Below are positions 41,429 through 50,401 of a stretch of DNA of 64,000 nt, in pieces. The position numbers were made by a program, and so were the translations under genes. The first letter of the stretch is position 1. Each line of letters starts with the position of its first letter. This stretch comes from Deltaproteobacteria bacterium. GTDB taxonomy: Bacteria; Desulfobacterota; Syntrophia; Syntrophales; JAFGHS01. Location: assembly GCA_016928025.1 (NCBI GenBank), contig JAFGLN010000014.1, forward strand, positions 65,391 through 129,390, read 5' to 3'. The notes under the pieces are model-generated. The model ran no database searches. It was given only the letters and a program-made list of their open reading frames with translations, and was not told the origin of the DNA.

Positions 41429-41458
41429 GAATCCCGGATCGATATCCGGGATGACAGG
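41429..41458. repeat. partial family C-like repeat with a 9-bp-arm palindrome
   Basis: The palindrome atcccggat-cgat-atccgggat (41431-41452) is followed by gacagg. It contains the ATG at 41451 that opens the longest ORF of the next gene. Confidence 0.55.
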
Positions 41459-41495
41459 AAAGTCTATGGTTGCATTGATTACAAGGAGGATGTCT

Positions 41496-42914
41496 ATGAA
41501 AACCGTTTTGGAACCGCAAAAGGACGTACCCGTTTTTCTGGAAGCCGATGTGATTGTGGTAGGCGGCGGTCCGGCCGGGATCGGCGCGGCGCTGGCCTCG
41601 GCCAGAAACGGCGTCCAGACCGTTGTTGTCGAGAAGTTTGGCGCTTTAGGGGGAATGCAGACCCACAGCATGAGCAGTACCTTTTCGCTTATCGACCCGG
41701 CCATCCAGGGCGGTATCATCACCGATGTTATCAGCCGGCTCCGGGAAGAGGGAGGCATTCAGAGAGACGCGGCAGCCAAGACACGGCACGCCGCTTTTAC
41801 GTCCACCAATTTCGACTGCGAAGTCTATAAAGCCATGCTGGACGACATGATGGCCGAAGCGAACGTGAGGCTTTTATATCATACGACCGGTGTCGGGGCG
41901 ATTAAGGAAAACAATGTCCTCCGAGGGATCTTCATCGAATGCATAGAGGGACGCTTTGCGATTTTGGGAAAAGTCATCGTCGATTCAACGGGAAACGCAG
42001 ACATAGCCTGGAAATCCCGCACACCCTGTATGGATGACGGACACGGGCGGGGACCCAAAAAAGGCCGGCACATGGGATTCGGCTGCCGTTTCTATATCAG
42101 CGGCGTCGATGAAGATAAGTTTGCAAAATTCAAGAAAGAAAATCCCGAAGAATGGACGGGCCTTTACGGGGGCAGGAGCCTCGTTACGCAGGCCAAAGCC
42201 GATGGCCGTTACCACGGCTACCGGGAGTCTCTGATCATTCATACAGGCAGAAAACCCGGCATCGCCATGATCGAGGGCTTCAACTATCCTCTGGCAGACG
42301 GGCATCACGGCTGGAAGATCGAAGACGTCACAGCCGGCGAAATCGATCTGCGAAAACAGGTCTGGTCCACCTTTAAGCTGATCAAGGGCAATATCCCGGG
42401 GTTCGAGAATTCATCGGTGGAAAAGACGTGGACCATCCCCATCTTCCGCGACACCCACCGGATCCTGGGAGAATATATCCTGGCGGAAGAAGACATCTAC
42501 ACGGGCAGGGCGTTTGACGACTCCATCGCCGTGAGCAATATGGGCCCCGATATCTATGGACCCGACGGCGAACATGTCTATGAAGTCGTGCGGCCCCACG
42601 ATATCCCCTATCGCTGTCTCGTCTCCAAGGAAACGGATAACCTCCTGGCAGCCGGCGCCACCATCTCAGCCGATTTTTACGCCTTCGCGGCTGACCGGTA
42701 CTGCGCCCCCAGTATGTGTACGGGCCAGGCCGCCGGAACGGCAGCGGCCCTTGCCGCCCGCCTGAATGTCACACCGCGGAAACTGGACATCAAATTGCTG
42801 CAGGATACTCTCCGGGGGCAGGGGGCAAGGGTCACCGTCAAGGACATGCCTGAAAGCGTTTTGGGAGAATACGAAACCCGGTTTGAAAAAAACAAAAACA
42901 TCGCTGATGTGTAA
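41496..42914 (+). CDS. FAD-dependent oxidoreductase (FAD_oxidored-type)
   Basis: The motifs are 'DVIVVGGGPAGIGAALASARNG' and C-terminal 'CTGQAAGTAAALAA'. AAGGAGG precedes the ATG at 41496. Confidence 0.8.
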   Translation: MKTVLEPQKDVPVFLEADVIVVGGGPAGIGAALASARNGVQTVVVEKFGALGGMQTHSMSSTFSLIDPAIQGGIITDVISRLREEGGIQRDAAAKTRHAAFTSTNFDCEVYKAMLDDMMAEANVRLLYHTTGVGAIKENNVLRGIFIECIEGRFAILGKVIVDSTGNADIAWKSRTPCMDDGHGRGPKKGRHMGFGCRFYISGVDEDKFAKFKKENPEEWTGLYGGRSLVTQAKADGRYHGYRESLIIHTGRKPGIAMIEGFNYPLADGHHGWKIEDVTAGEIDLRKQVWSTFKLIKGNIPGFENSSVEKTWTIPIFRDTHRILGEYILAEEDIYTGRAFDDSIAVSNMGPDIYGPDGEHVYEVVRPHDIPYRCLVSKETDNLLAAGATISADFYAFAADRYCAPSMCTGQAAGTAAALAARLNVTPRKLDIKLLQDTLRGQGARVTVKDMPESVLGEYETRFEKNKNIADV

Positions 42915-42956
42915 TGATTGATTAATCCGCTGCACTTTCCGGATAGCGAATAATTT

Positions 42957-43004
42957 TGGGACATAACGCTGATGAACCATTCATCGAATGTTATGTCCTT
43001 TTTT
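42957..43004 (+). terminator. rho-independent terminator
   Basis: The stem is gggacataac ... gttatgtcc, with an inner gatgaa/ttcatc pairing, followed by T7. It lies about 40 nt after the stop at 42914. Confidence 0.75.
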
Positions 43005-43101
43005 TATTTATCTGACGGATTATGTGTAAGATGCCGGTTCTGTCGCTCCAGGTGGGGTGAGAGGCAATTGCCCGGTCGCCCCATCACTCACGAATAAACG
43101 T

Positions 43102-43791
43102 TTACGCGCTTTTGACGATATCGACCAATTGCCGAAGCTCACTGATTTCGTAAGAAACAGGCAGATCGTTCTCATTATTTGCCTGATGGGGATTATACCA
43201 GCAGGTATCGATGCCGAAAACAACCCCACCGGCCATATCGGCCGAAAGGCTGTCTCCGATGATCAAAACATCTTTTTTATCCGGATTACCGATCATTTGA
43301 AAGGCAATATCAAAAAAACCTTTTGCCGGTTTAGAAACGCCGATTTCATCGGAAATGATAATGTCGATAAAAAAAGCTCTGATGTCGGAACGTCCAAAAC
43401 GCGGCCTTTGGACACGGCTGAGGCCGTTGGTCACCATATACATCTTGAATTTCGGGTATAAGGAGCGGACGGTGTCCAACGCGCCGGGAAGCAGCATGGC
43501 GTATTGTGATAAATTGGCGAGGTACCTCTCCGAAAAGGGGTTCACATCCAGACTGATACCGATTTCGGCAAACAGCATTTCAAACCTTCTGGTTTTCAAT
43601 TCCGATGCCTTGATCGTCCCTTGTTCCAGCTCTTTAAACAATTTTTTATTGATCTGATTGTAGTAAAGATGGCAGGACCGGGAACAGGCAATTCCCGAAT
43701 CTTCCAATGTTTTTGACAATGCCAAGCGCTCCGCCTGCTCATAGTCAAACAGGGTGCCGTCGGCATCGAACAGCAGGTATGGGTATTTCAT
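43102..43791 (-). CDS. HAD-family hydrolase (YjjG-like nucleotidase subfamily)
   Basis: The motifs are 'LLFDADGTLFDY' (DxDxT), 'MVTNG' and 'IGDSLSADMAGG'. The start is ATG 43791. The ORF is open to 43827. Confidence 0.85.
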   Translation of the reverse strand: MKYPYLLFDADGTLFDYEQAERLALSKTLEDSGIACSRSCHLYYNQINKKLFKELEQGTIKASELKTRRFEMLFAEIGISLDVNPFSERYLANLSQYAMLLPGALDTVRSLYPKFKMYMVTNGLSRVQRPRFGRSDIRAFFIDIIISDEIGVSKPAKGFFDIAFQMIGNPDKKDVLIIGDSLSADMAGGVVFGIDTCWYNPHQANNENDLPVSYEISELRQLVDIVKSA

Positions 43792-43974
43792 TGTATGCTT
43801 TGACTTCAATTGACGTATCGGGCGCAACCTCCTGTGGTTTTTTTACAAACCAGGGTATAATTTTTTTCCTGTTATCTCTATTGTTCAAATAAGTAAAGAA
43901 TGAAATGCCGACAGAAATCTTGCGGCAGAGATATTGAATAGAAGCCTGTTTTTTATTTTTCAGTATCGATTACC

Positions 43975-44538
43975 TCACCCGCTTAACACCTTGATGCAAG
44001 CCTCACGGAGGGACCAAATCGCTTCAAATCGATCTTCTGTCATCCATTGCTTCATAAAATCTTGGTGAACAGTTTTCTTATAATCGCCGATTTGAGAAAC
44101 ATCAATAGTCTCTTCGTGGATAAACTCAATGATCGGTTCTCGATCGGCAACAGTAAGGCGCGTAAGATCAATCCGTTGGTCACGATATTTCAGATAGCAG
44201 TGCGCTTCGGGCAAGGCGACGCATCCGGAATTCGCCAGAACTTTCTCGACACCGGGCGTGTTGGCTTCACACATCATGTAAATCCCCAACATCAACTGAA
44301 CATCAATTGCAAGTTCCGCGGCCAGGGAGGCAATGAGGGCGTGCTTCGTGCTGCAGGAGCCTCGCCCCTCCGGTAGCACCTGCATAAAGTTTGTTTTGTC
44401 CGATGTCCGGCCATAGGGTAATCGCGTAACATACTCACAGGCGTTGTGAAGGTCCTTAATGCCAAGCTTCAGAAAGGCTTTTTCGACTTCGCTGTTCCCG
44501 ATGATTTCCTTATTGGGTAATATTTCATAAGGCTTCAT
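43975..44538 (-). CDS. hypothetical protein with a transglutaminase-like Cys-His-Asp core pattern
   Basis: The protein is 187 aa. 'GRGSCSTKHALIASLAAELAIDVQLMLGIY' resembles the TGase-core 'GxCxxFAxLxxALxRxxGIPARxVxGY', and a downstream 'EAHCYLKYRDQRIDLT' supplies His and Asp. The assignment rests on pattern recognition only. Confidence 0.45.
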   Translation of the reverse strand: MKPYEILPNKEIIGNSEVEKAFLKLGIKDLHNACEYVTRLPYGRTSDKTNFMQVLPEGRGSCSTKHALIASLAAELAIDVQLMLGIYMMCEANTPGVEKVLANSGCVALPEAHCYLKYRDQRIDLTRLTVADREPIIEFIHEETIDVSQIGDYKKTVHQDFMKQWMTEDRFEAIWSLREACIKVLSG

Positions 44539-44565
44539 ATTGAGTCCCCTTCGGTGGTATTATCT

Positions 44566-45222
44566 TCAGATGAATAGATCGGACACAAAAGACCACTGGA
44601 CGTCGGGATCGAAAGATATATGTTTAATCAGGCTTTCCAATCGCTCCCACATGAATTCGTCGGTCAACTGATAGCTATGCCCCCAGAAAAAGAATACCCC
44701 GGTGCCCCTTTGTTTTGCCCGGTCGTATTTCCCCATGATGTCGTCGTCATCAAAGCGGCAAAGGGGTGAAAAAGCCAAAGGATCGGGAGGCGGGGAAATG
44801 GGATCTTGGTAATCGCTTCCCCGGGCCCAGGTATAGCCGGCTGACCGAACGGCGTTTTTGACAACATCATTAAAATCATTGAAGGGATAGCAGAAGCCCA
44901 AAACCGGCTTCTGAAAAATATTTTCCAATATCTTTCGGCTTTTGGTTACTTCCCACTGCAACTGATCCGGTGAAACATCGGTCAGGCGGGGATGGGTCAT
45001 GGAATGGCTGCAAATTTCAAAGCCTTCATAGACGTGCCGCAACTCCTGGACGCTGAGCCGCCGGACTTCCCGTCCTTCATACATCCAGCCGAAGGATCTC
45101 TCGTTTTGATACAGCCCGGGATTCAGGCAGAAGGTCGCCTTGGCCTCATGGCGGCGCAGGATGTCGATCAGGCGTAAATCGTCGCAGACACCGTCGTCCC
45201 AGGTTTGAATGATTTTTATCAT
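44566..45222 (-). CDS. polysaccharide deacetylase (NodB-homology) family protein
   Basis: 'TWDDGVCDDLRLIDILRRHEAKATFCL' (the DD motif) and 'ICSHSMTHPRL' (the HxxxH-type motif) are present. Confidence 0.8.
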   Translation of the reverse strand: MIKIIQTWDDGVCDDLRLIDILRRHEAKATFCLNPGLYQNERSFGWMYEGREVRRLSVQELRHVYEGFEICSHSMTHPRLTDVSPDQLQWEVTKSRKILENIFQKPVLGFCYPFNDFNDVVKNAVRSAGYTWARGSDYQDPISPPPDPLAFSPLCRFDDDDIMGKYDRAKQRGTGVFFFWGHSYQLTDEFMWERLESLIKHISFDPDVQWSFVSDLFI

Positions 45223-45408
45223 GTTTTTTTACCTACACTCCTTCCATCAGCAAGAAGGATATCCGTTCATCTTTCAGTTTTGAGTATAAAAAATAATCAA
45301 TTTCTCAATCACATCCCCGCATCTCAACATCATTTTATTCTTTACTATCGATCTTGAATAATAGTAAAGGGAAACATTATTTCAAGTTTGAAACTTTATG
45401 GGGGGACT

Positions 45409-46524
45409 ATGAATTTGGATGCGAAGTATAGAGAAGTCGCAGAGATCATCAGCAGCCGCGGCATATCCGATACGCTGGTCGACATCATCAAAGAGCTGGT
45501 CACAGAAGATCAGCTTGACCTGCTGCTGACATTTAAGGCACACAGATCTCAGAGTATCGATCAATTGAAGGAATCGAGCGGCCTGCCAGAGGATGAAATT
45601 TTGGAAAAGACCAGCGCCTTGGCCGGAAAAGGCATTATTTTCAATCAGCCGAACTCGGCCGGCGTTCTTGTCTTTCGTTTACTGCCCCTGGCCAATGTCG
45701 GTGTGTTCGAATATACCTTCATGAAAAAATTGACTTACACGGAAAAGGAAAAACGCCTTGCCGCTTTATTTACAAAGCTATTTTCCGAAACGCGGAATAT
45801 GCGGAAAATCAAACCGGAACAATGGGCGGAAATCATTAAGGTCGTGCCGCCTCCCGATCGCACGGTACCCATCAGAACGAACCGGGCGACCAACAAACCC
45901 ACAATCATCGAGATCAATGAAGAGGTGGCCCCGGACGCGGCCGACCGGATACTGCTGACCGGAGATGTAAAGGACCTCATTGAAAAATTTGATGAAATCG
46001 CAGTAGGTTACTGCTTTTGCCGCCAGCATAAAGATACGGAGGGCAAACATTGCAAACAGACGGACCTGCGGGAAAACTGTTTCACTTTCGGCAAATCCGC
46101 CCGTTTCACAACGGAAAACGGTTTCATGCGCATGATCGACAAGAAAGAAGCCCTTGAGATATTGATGAAATCAGAGGAAGACGGCTTGGTCCATAAGGCC
46201 TACCACCCCAATTTCGACGTCACGAAGGATGAAACGAGCATATGCAATTGCTGTAAGGATTGCTGTGGTAATTCATCCCGGATTGTCGTCAATGTGTCCA
46301 CTTATCTCTCCCACGTGGATCCGGAACTGTGCAAGGGCTGTCAGACCTGCGCGATCCGTTGCCATACGGACGCCATCAAACTCGGTGATGACGACGTTTC
46401 CCATGTCGACCCGGATCGCTGCATCGGCTGCGGCGTCTGTGCCCATTTTTGTCCGGCCAATGCGATTACCTTAACCAGGACACCACCCCGAACAGTAAGG
46501 GTGGTCATAACACGTCCCGAATGA
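45409..46524 (+). CDS. Fe-S protein with C-terminal 2x[4Fe-4S] ferredoxin motifs
   Basis: Cys clusters are 'CFCRQHKD...HC' and 'CNCCKDCC', followed by 'CKGCQTCAIRC' and 'CIGCGVCAHFCP'. The N-terminal region is winged-helix-like. The start is uncertain (45388 TTG or 45409 ATG). Confidence 0.7.
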   Translation: MNLDAKYREVAEIISSRGISDTLVDIIKELVTEDQLDLLLTFKAHRSQSIDQLKESSGLPEDEILEKTSALAGKGIIFNQPNSAGVLVFRLLPLANVGVFEYTFMKKLTYTEKEKRLAALFTKLFSETRNMRKIKPEQWAEIIKVVPPPDRTVPIRTNRATNKPTIIEINEEVAPDAADRILLTGDVKDLIEKFDEIAVGYCFCRQHKDTEGKHCKQTDLRENCFTFGKSARFTTENGFMRMIDKKEALEILMKSEEDGLVHKAYHPNFDVTKDETSICNCCKDCCGNSSRIVVNVSTYLSHVDPELCKGCQTCAIRCHTDAIKLGDDDVSHVDPDRCIGCGVCAHFCPANAITLTRTPPRTVRVVITRPE

Positions 46525-46698
46525 CAGCCGCGACTTCGTATACTGGACGGTGCAGTATGATGAGTCGCTATGATCCATGCAAAAGTACTCATCCATTCCT
46601 GTGACCTGCACATCTCGCCTGCGGAACTTTTTACCAAGCAGAAACAGCTCTATGGGAAAAGATTAGGATTTTGAGGACAGAAAGAACATGAAAAAATT

Positions 46699-46781
46699 GT
46701 GACGAGTAAAAGGTGGCAAGTATCGAGAAAAAGATTCGACACAATTAAATACTTGCCGCTCGTCACTTGTTGTCTGTCACT
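46699..46781. repeat. family B hairpin repeat, second copy
   Basis: The arms are gtgacgag...ggcaagtat / atacttgcc.ctcgtcac, the loop contains acaattaaatac, and the tail is ttgttgtctgtcact. It lies about 50 nt upstream of the carboxylase start. Confidence 0.7.
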
Positions 46782-46832
46782 AAATATAGGTTTCAGAACT
46801 ATATTTACATATTGAAGGAGAACACCAGGATC

Positions 46833-49800
46833 ATGAAGGAAATGCGTCTGTTGGTGGCTAATCGCGGTGAAATTGCCATTCGTATCCTGCGGGCGGCGGC
46901 GGAAATGAACATCCCCACGGTGGGCATCTACGCGGAAGACGATGCCCGGTCGCTCCATATCAAGAAAGCCGACGAAGCCAGCCCCTTGAACGGACAGGGG
47001 GCCGCCGCCTATCTGGATATGGAACAGATCATTGGAATCGCCAAAGCATCGGGCTGCAAGGCCGTACACCCGGGTTATGGATTTTTGAGCGAAAATGCCG
47101 CATTTGCAAAGCGCTGCGGGGAAGAAGGCATCACCTTTGTGGGGCCGAGACCTGAACTGCTCGAACTCTTCGGTCATAAACTCAATTCCAAAGCGGTGGC
47201 GCAGCAAAATAACATACCCGTTCTGCCCGGTACCTATGGTTCCTCAACAGTGAACATCGCTCAGGAATTCAGGTCTTTTCTACCCGAAGGCAGCGCTCTC
47301 ATGATCAAAGCCGTGGCGGGCGGCGGCGGCCGCTGCATCCGGGAAGTCTGGAATTTCGATGACATTGAAGAGGCCGTTAAACGCTGCCGTTATGAAGCCG
47401 AGCAGGCCTTCGGCAACGGCGATGTTTATATCGAACGGCTCATCCCCAGAGCCCGGCATATTGAAGTTCAGATTATCGGCGACGGCACCGGCGCCGTCAC
47501 GCACCTTTGGGAACGGGAATGCAGCATACAGCGGCGTCATCAGAAGCTGATCGAGTGCGCTCCCAGCCCCAACCTACCCGAAAGGCTGAGGGAGAATATT
47601 ATCGATGCCGCCTGCCGCATGGCGGCCGCCACCCGATACAACAATCTGGGCACTTTTGAATTTCTTGTGGATCTGGATAACCTGAACAATGACTTCGCCT
47701 TTGCCTTCATTGAGGTCAATCCCCGCCTGCAGGTTGAACATACGGTAACGGAAGAGGCAACGGGTTTGGATCTCGTCCAGATCCAACTCCAACTGGCCCA
47801 GGGCAGAACCCTTGCCGAACTGGGTTTACAGCAGGACAATATCGCAAAACCTCAGGGTTTTGCCATCCAGGTCCGGGTCAATATGGAAACGATGGACAAA
47901 GACGGCGTCCCCCAGCCGGCGGGCGGCATCCTCACAACCTTCGAACCGCCGTCCGGCGCGGGCATCCGGACCGACACGTTCGGCTATCGCGATTATCAAA
48001 CCAGCACCCGTTACGATTCGCTCTTGGCCAAGGTGATCTGCCGCACCAACTCAGGACGGTTCGTCGATGCCGTGAATAAGGTTTACCGGGCTTTGAGTGA
48101 ATTCCGGATCGAAGGCATCCCGACGAACATACCGTTTTTGCAGAATATTTTAGCTCACGACACCGTCAAGGCCGGTCATTTTTATACCCGGTTCATGGTA
48201 GATCATGCCGAGGAACTGCTCTTGGGAAATGACGGGACGCATCGCCGTCTTTACTTTGAAAATGAAATGGAGGCGCGGTTTGCCGGTGCCGCCGTCGATG
48301 AAACGGACCCCCTGGCGGTTCTCCATCACGGCAAGGCCGCCCGTCAGTTAACCGTCGACGATGTCGCCTCAACCTACGTGACGGACGAAACGGCGACGAA
48401 ATCACCGGACGGCCTTACCATTGTTCGTTCCAAAATTCAGGGAACCATCTGGAAGATCGAAAAACGGACCGGCGACGAAGTCCAGGCCGATCAGATCATT
48501 CTGATCATGGAAGCCATGAAAATGGAACATGAGGTCCCGGCGCCCTTCAGCGGCGTTATCCGTCGCATGAACGTGGCTGTCGGGGATTCCGTTTATGCCG
48601 GCCATCCCCTTGTCTATATCGAAGAGGCTAAGACCGATGCGGCAAGACAGGAGGACCTTAAAAAATACGATCTCGACAGGATCCGTCCGGACCTGCAAGA
48701 GGTTTTGGGGCGCCATGCCGCAACCCAGGACAGTTCAAGGGCTGAAGCTGTTGAGCGCCGCAGGGCGACGGGACAGCGCACGGCCAGAGAAAATCTTGAT
48801 GACCTCTGCGATCCCGGATCGTTTGTGGAATACGGTTCCCTAGTGCTGCCTCTGGGTGTACGACGCCCCCTGGATGAACTGATCGCGCGGTATCCCGGCG
48901 ACGGTCTTTATGTGGGGCTCGCTTCCGTCAATGGCAATTTGTTTGATGAGGCGGCTACCCGTTGCGCCGTCCTGTCCTACGACTATACGGTTCTGGCCGG
49001 CACCCAGGGCGGTCTGAACCACCGCAAGACCGACCGTATCCTGGAAGTGGCCGAACAACTGCGGGTTCCGGTCATCTTTTTCACCGAAGGCGGAGGCGGA
49101 CGGGCCGGCGGGGGCGGCGCCCCCACACCGCCGGCGACACCCGGCGGGCCGGTCCCGGGCGGCGGGACCGGGGGCCTTGACATTCCCTCCTGGCGGACCC
49201 TCTCCAAACTGAGCGGACTGGTTCCGGTTATCGGCGTCAATTCCGGCTACTGTTTTGCGGGAAACGCCCTGATGCTGGGTTGCTGCGATGTCATTATCGC
49301 GACAGCCAATTCCCGGATCGGCGTGGGCGGACCCGCTATGATCGAAGGAGGCGGCCTGGGGGTCTTTCATCCCGACGAGGTGGGCCCCATGTCCGTCCAG
49401 GTGCCCAATGGGATGGTCGATGTTCCCGTGAAAGACGAGGCGGAAGCGGTTCGGGTCGCTAAAAAATATCTCGCCTTCTTTCAGGGAAGCCTAAAGGATT
49501 GGGAATGCGCCGATCAGCGGCTGCTGAGACATATTATTCCGGAAAACCGCTTAAGGATATACGACTCCCGGGCCATCATTGAAATCATGGCCGATATGGG
49601 GTCGGTTCTGGAACTGAGAAAGCATTTCGGTCTGGGAATGATCACCGCCCTCATCCGCATTGAAGGGAAACCCATGGGATTAATTGCCAATAACCCGACG
49701 TATTTGTCCGGGGCCATCGATGCCAACGGTGCCGATAAAGCCGTCCGTTTTATGCAGCTCTGCGACGCCTTCGATCTGCCGATTGTCACGCTTTGCGACA

Positions 49801-50273
49801 CACCGGGCATTATGGTGGGACCGGAGATTGAAAAAACAGCCCTGGTACGGCATGCCTGCCGCATGTTTGTCACCGGCGCCAGCCTGACGATTCCCGTTGT
49901 GATGGTGATCTTACGAAAAGGTTACGGCCTGGGGGCTATGACCATGGGCGGCGGTCATTTCAAGGCACCCGTCGCCACGGTGGCCTGGCCAACGGGCGAG
50001 TTCGGGGGCATGGGCCTCGAAGGGCAGGTCAAACTGGGCTTCCGGAAACTACTCGCCGATATTAAAGATTCCGATGAGCGAAACAAAAAATACGCCGAAC
50101 TTGTCGAAATGGCCTACCAGCGCGGCAAGGCCATGAGCGCTGCCGTCTCTTTCGGCATCGACGATGCCATCGATCCGGCCGACACCCGCAAAGTCATCAG
50201 CGGCGTCCTGAAATCCTACCAGCCTCCCGGCCGCCGGGAGGGCAAAAAACGGCCTCTGGTGGATACGTGGTAG
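46833..50273 (+). CDS. single-chain biotin-dependent acyl-CoA carboxylase (BC-BCCP-CT fusion)
   Basis: The biotin carboxylase domain reads 'LLVANRGEIAIRILRAA...', the biotinyl motif is 'IMEAMKMEHEV', and a C-terminal carboxyltransferase domain follows ('SYDYTVLAGTQGG', 'PIVTLCDTPGIMVGPE'). GAAGGAGA precedes the ATG at 46833. The ORF is open from 46767. Confidence 0.9.
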   Translation: MKEMRLLVANRGEIAIRILRAAAEMNIPTVGIYAEDDARSLHIKKADEASPLNGQGAAAYLDMEQIIGIAKASGCKAVHPGYGFLSENAAFAKRCGEEGITFVGPRPELLELFGHKLNSKAVAQQNNIPVLPGTYGSSTVNIAQEFRSFLPEGSALMIKAVAGGGGRCIREVWNFDDIEEAVKRCRYEAEQAFGNGDVYIERLIPRARHIEVQIIGDGTGAVTHLWERECSIQRRHQKLIECAPSPNLPERLRENIIDAACRMAAATRYNNLGTFEFLVDLDNLNNDFAFAFIEVNPRLQVEHTVTEEATGLDLVQIQLQLAQGRTLAELGLQQDNIAKPQGFAIQVRVNMETMDKDGVPQPAGGILTTFEPPSGAGIRTDTFGYRDYQTSTRYDSLLAKVICRTNSGRFVDAVNKVYRALSEFRIEGIPTNIPFLQNILAHDTVKAGHFYTRFMVDHAEELLLGNDGTHRRLYFENEMEARFAGAAVDETDPLAVLHHGKAARQLTVDDVASTYVTDETATKSPDGLTIVRSKIQGTIWKIEKRTGDEVQADQIILIMEAMKMEHEVPAPFSGVIRRMNVAVGDSVYAGHPLVYIEEAKTDAARQEDLKKYDLDRIRPDLQEVLGRHAATQDSSRAEAVERRRATGQRTARENLDDLCDPGSFVEYGSLVLPLGVRRPLDELIARYPGDGLYVGLASVNGNLFDEAATRCAVLSYDYTVLAGTQGGLNHRKTDRILEVAEQLRVPVIFFTEGGGGRAGGGGAPTPPATPGGPVPGGGTGGLDIPSWRTLSKLSGLVPVIGVNSGYCFAGNALMLGCCDVIIATANSRIGVGGPAMIEGGGLGVFHPDEVGPMSVQVPNGMVDVPVKDEAEAVRVAKKYLAFFQGSLKDWECADQRLLRHIIPENRLRIYDSRAIIEIMADMGSVLELRKHFGLGMITALIRIEGKPMGLIANNPTYLSGAIDANGADKAVRFMQLCDAFDLPIVTLCDTPGIMVGPEIEKTALVRHACRMFVTGASLTIPVVMVILRKGYGLGAMTMGGGHFKAPVATVAWPTGEFGGMGLEGQVKLGFRKLLADIKDSDERNKKYAELVEMAYQRGKAMSAAVSFGIDDAIDPADTRKVISGVLKSYQPPGRREGKKRPLVDTW

Positions 50274-50344
50274 GTCTTGAAGTATTTGACAATATCGAAA
50301 CCGTATCCGTTTCGGTGCAAATTCAATCTGTGTTTCTGAACAAC

Positions 50345-50379
50345 AAAAAAGGCAGGACCATTTAAATGATCCTGCCTTT
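50345..50379 (-). terminator. bidirectional hairpin terminator (best on the minus strand)
   Basis: The structure is aaaggcagga-ccatttaaatga-tcctgccttt, with perfect 10-bp arms. On the minus strand it is followed by a U6 run. It lies downstream of the PEP-CTERM gene that ends at 50402. Confidence 0.7.
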
Positions 50380-50401
50380 CTATCGTGGATGGAGATTGGG
50401 T

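Noticed and set aside
41451-41495. The ATG at 41451 could be the start of the FAD oxidoreductase.
   Set aside because: This ATG is part of the family C-like repeat (…atccgggATGacagg) and has no Shine-Dalgarno sequence. ATG 41496 has AAGGAGG at ideal spacing.
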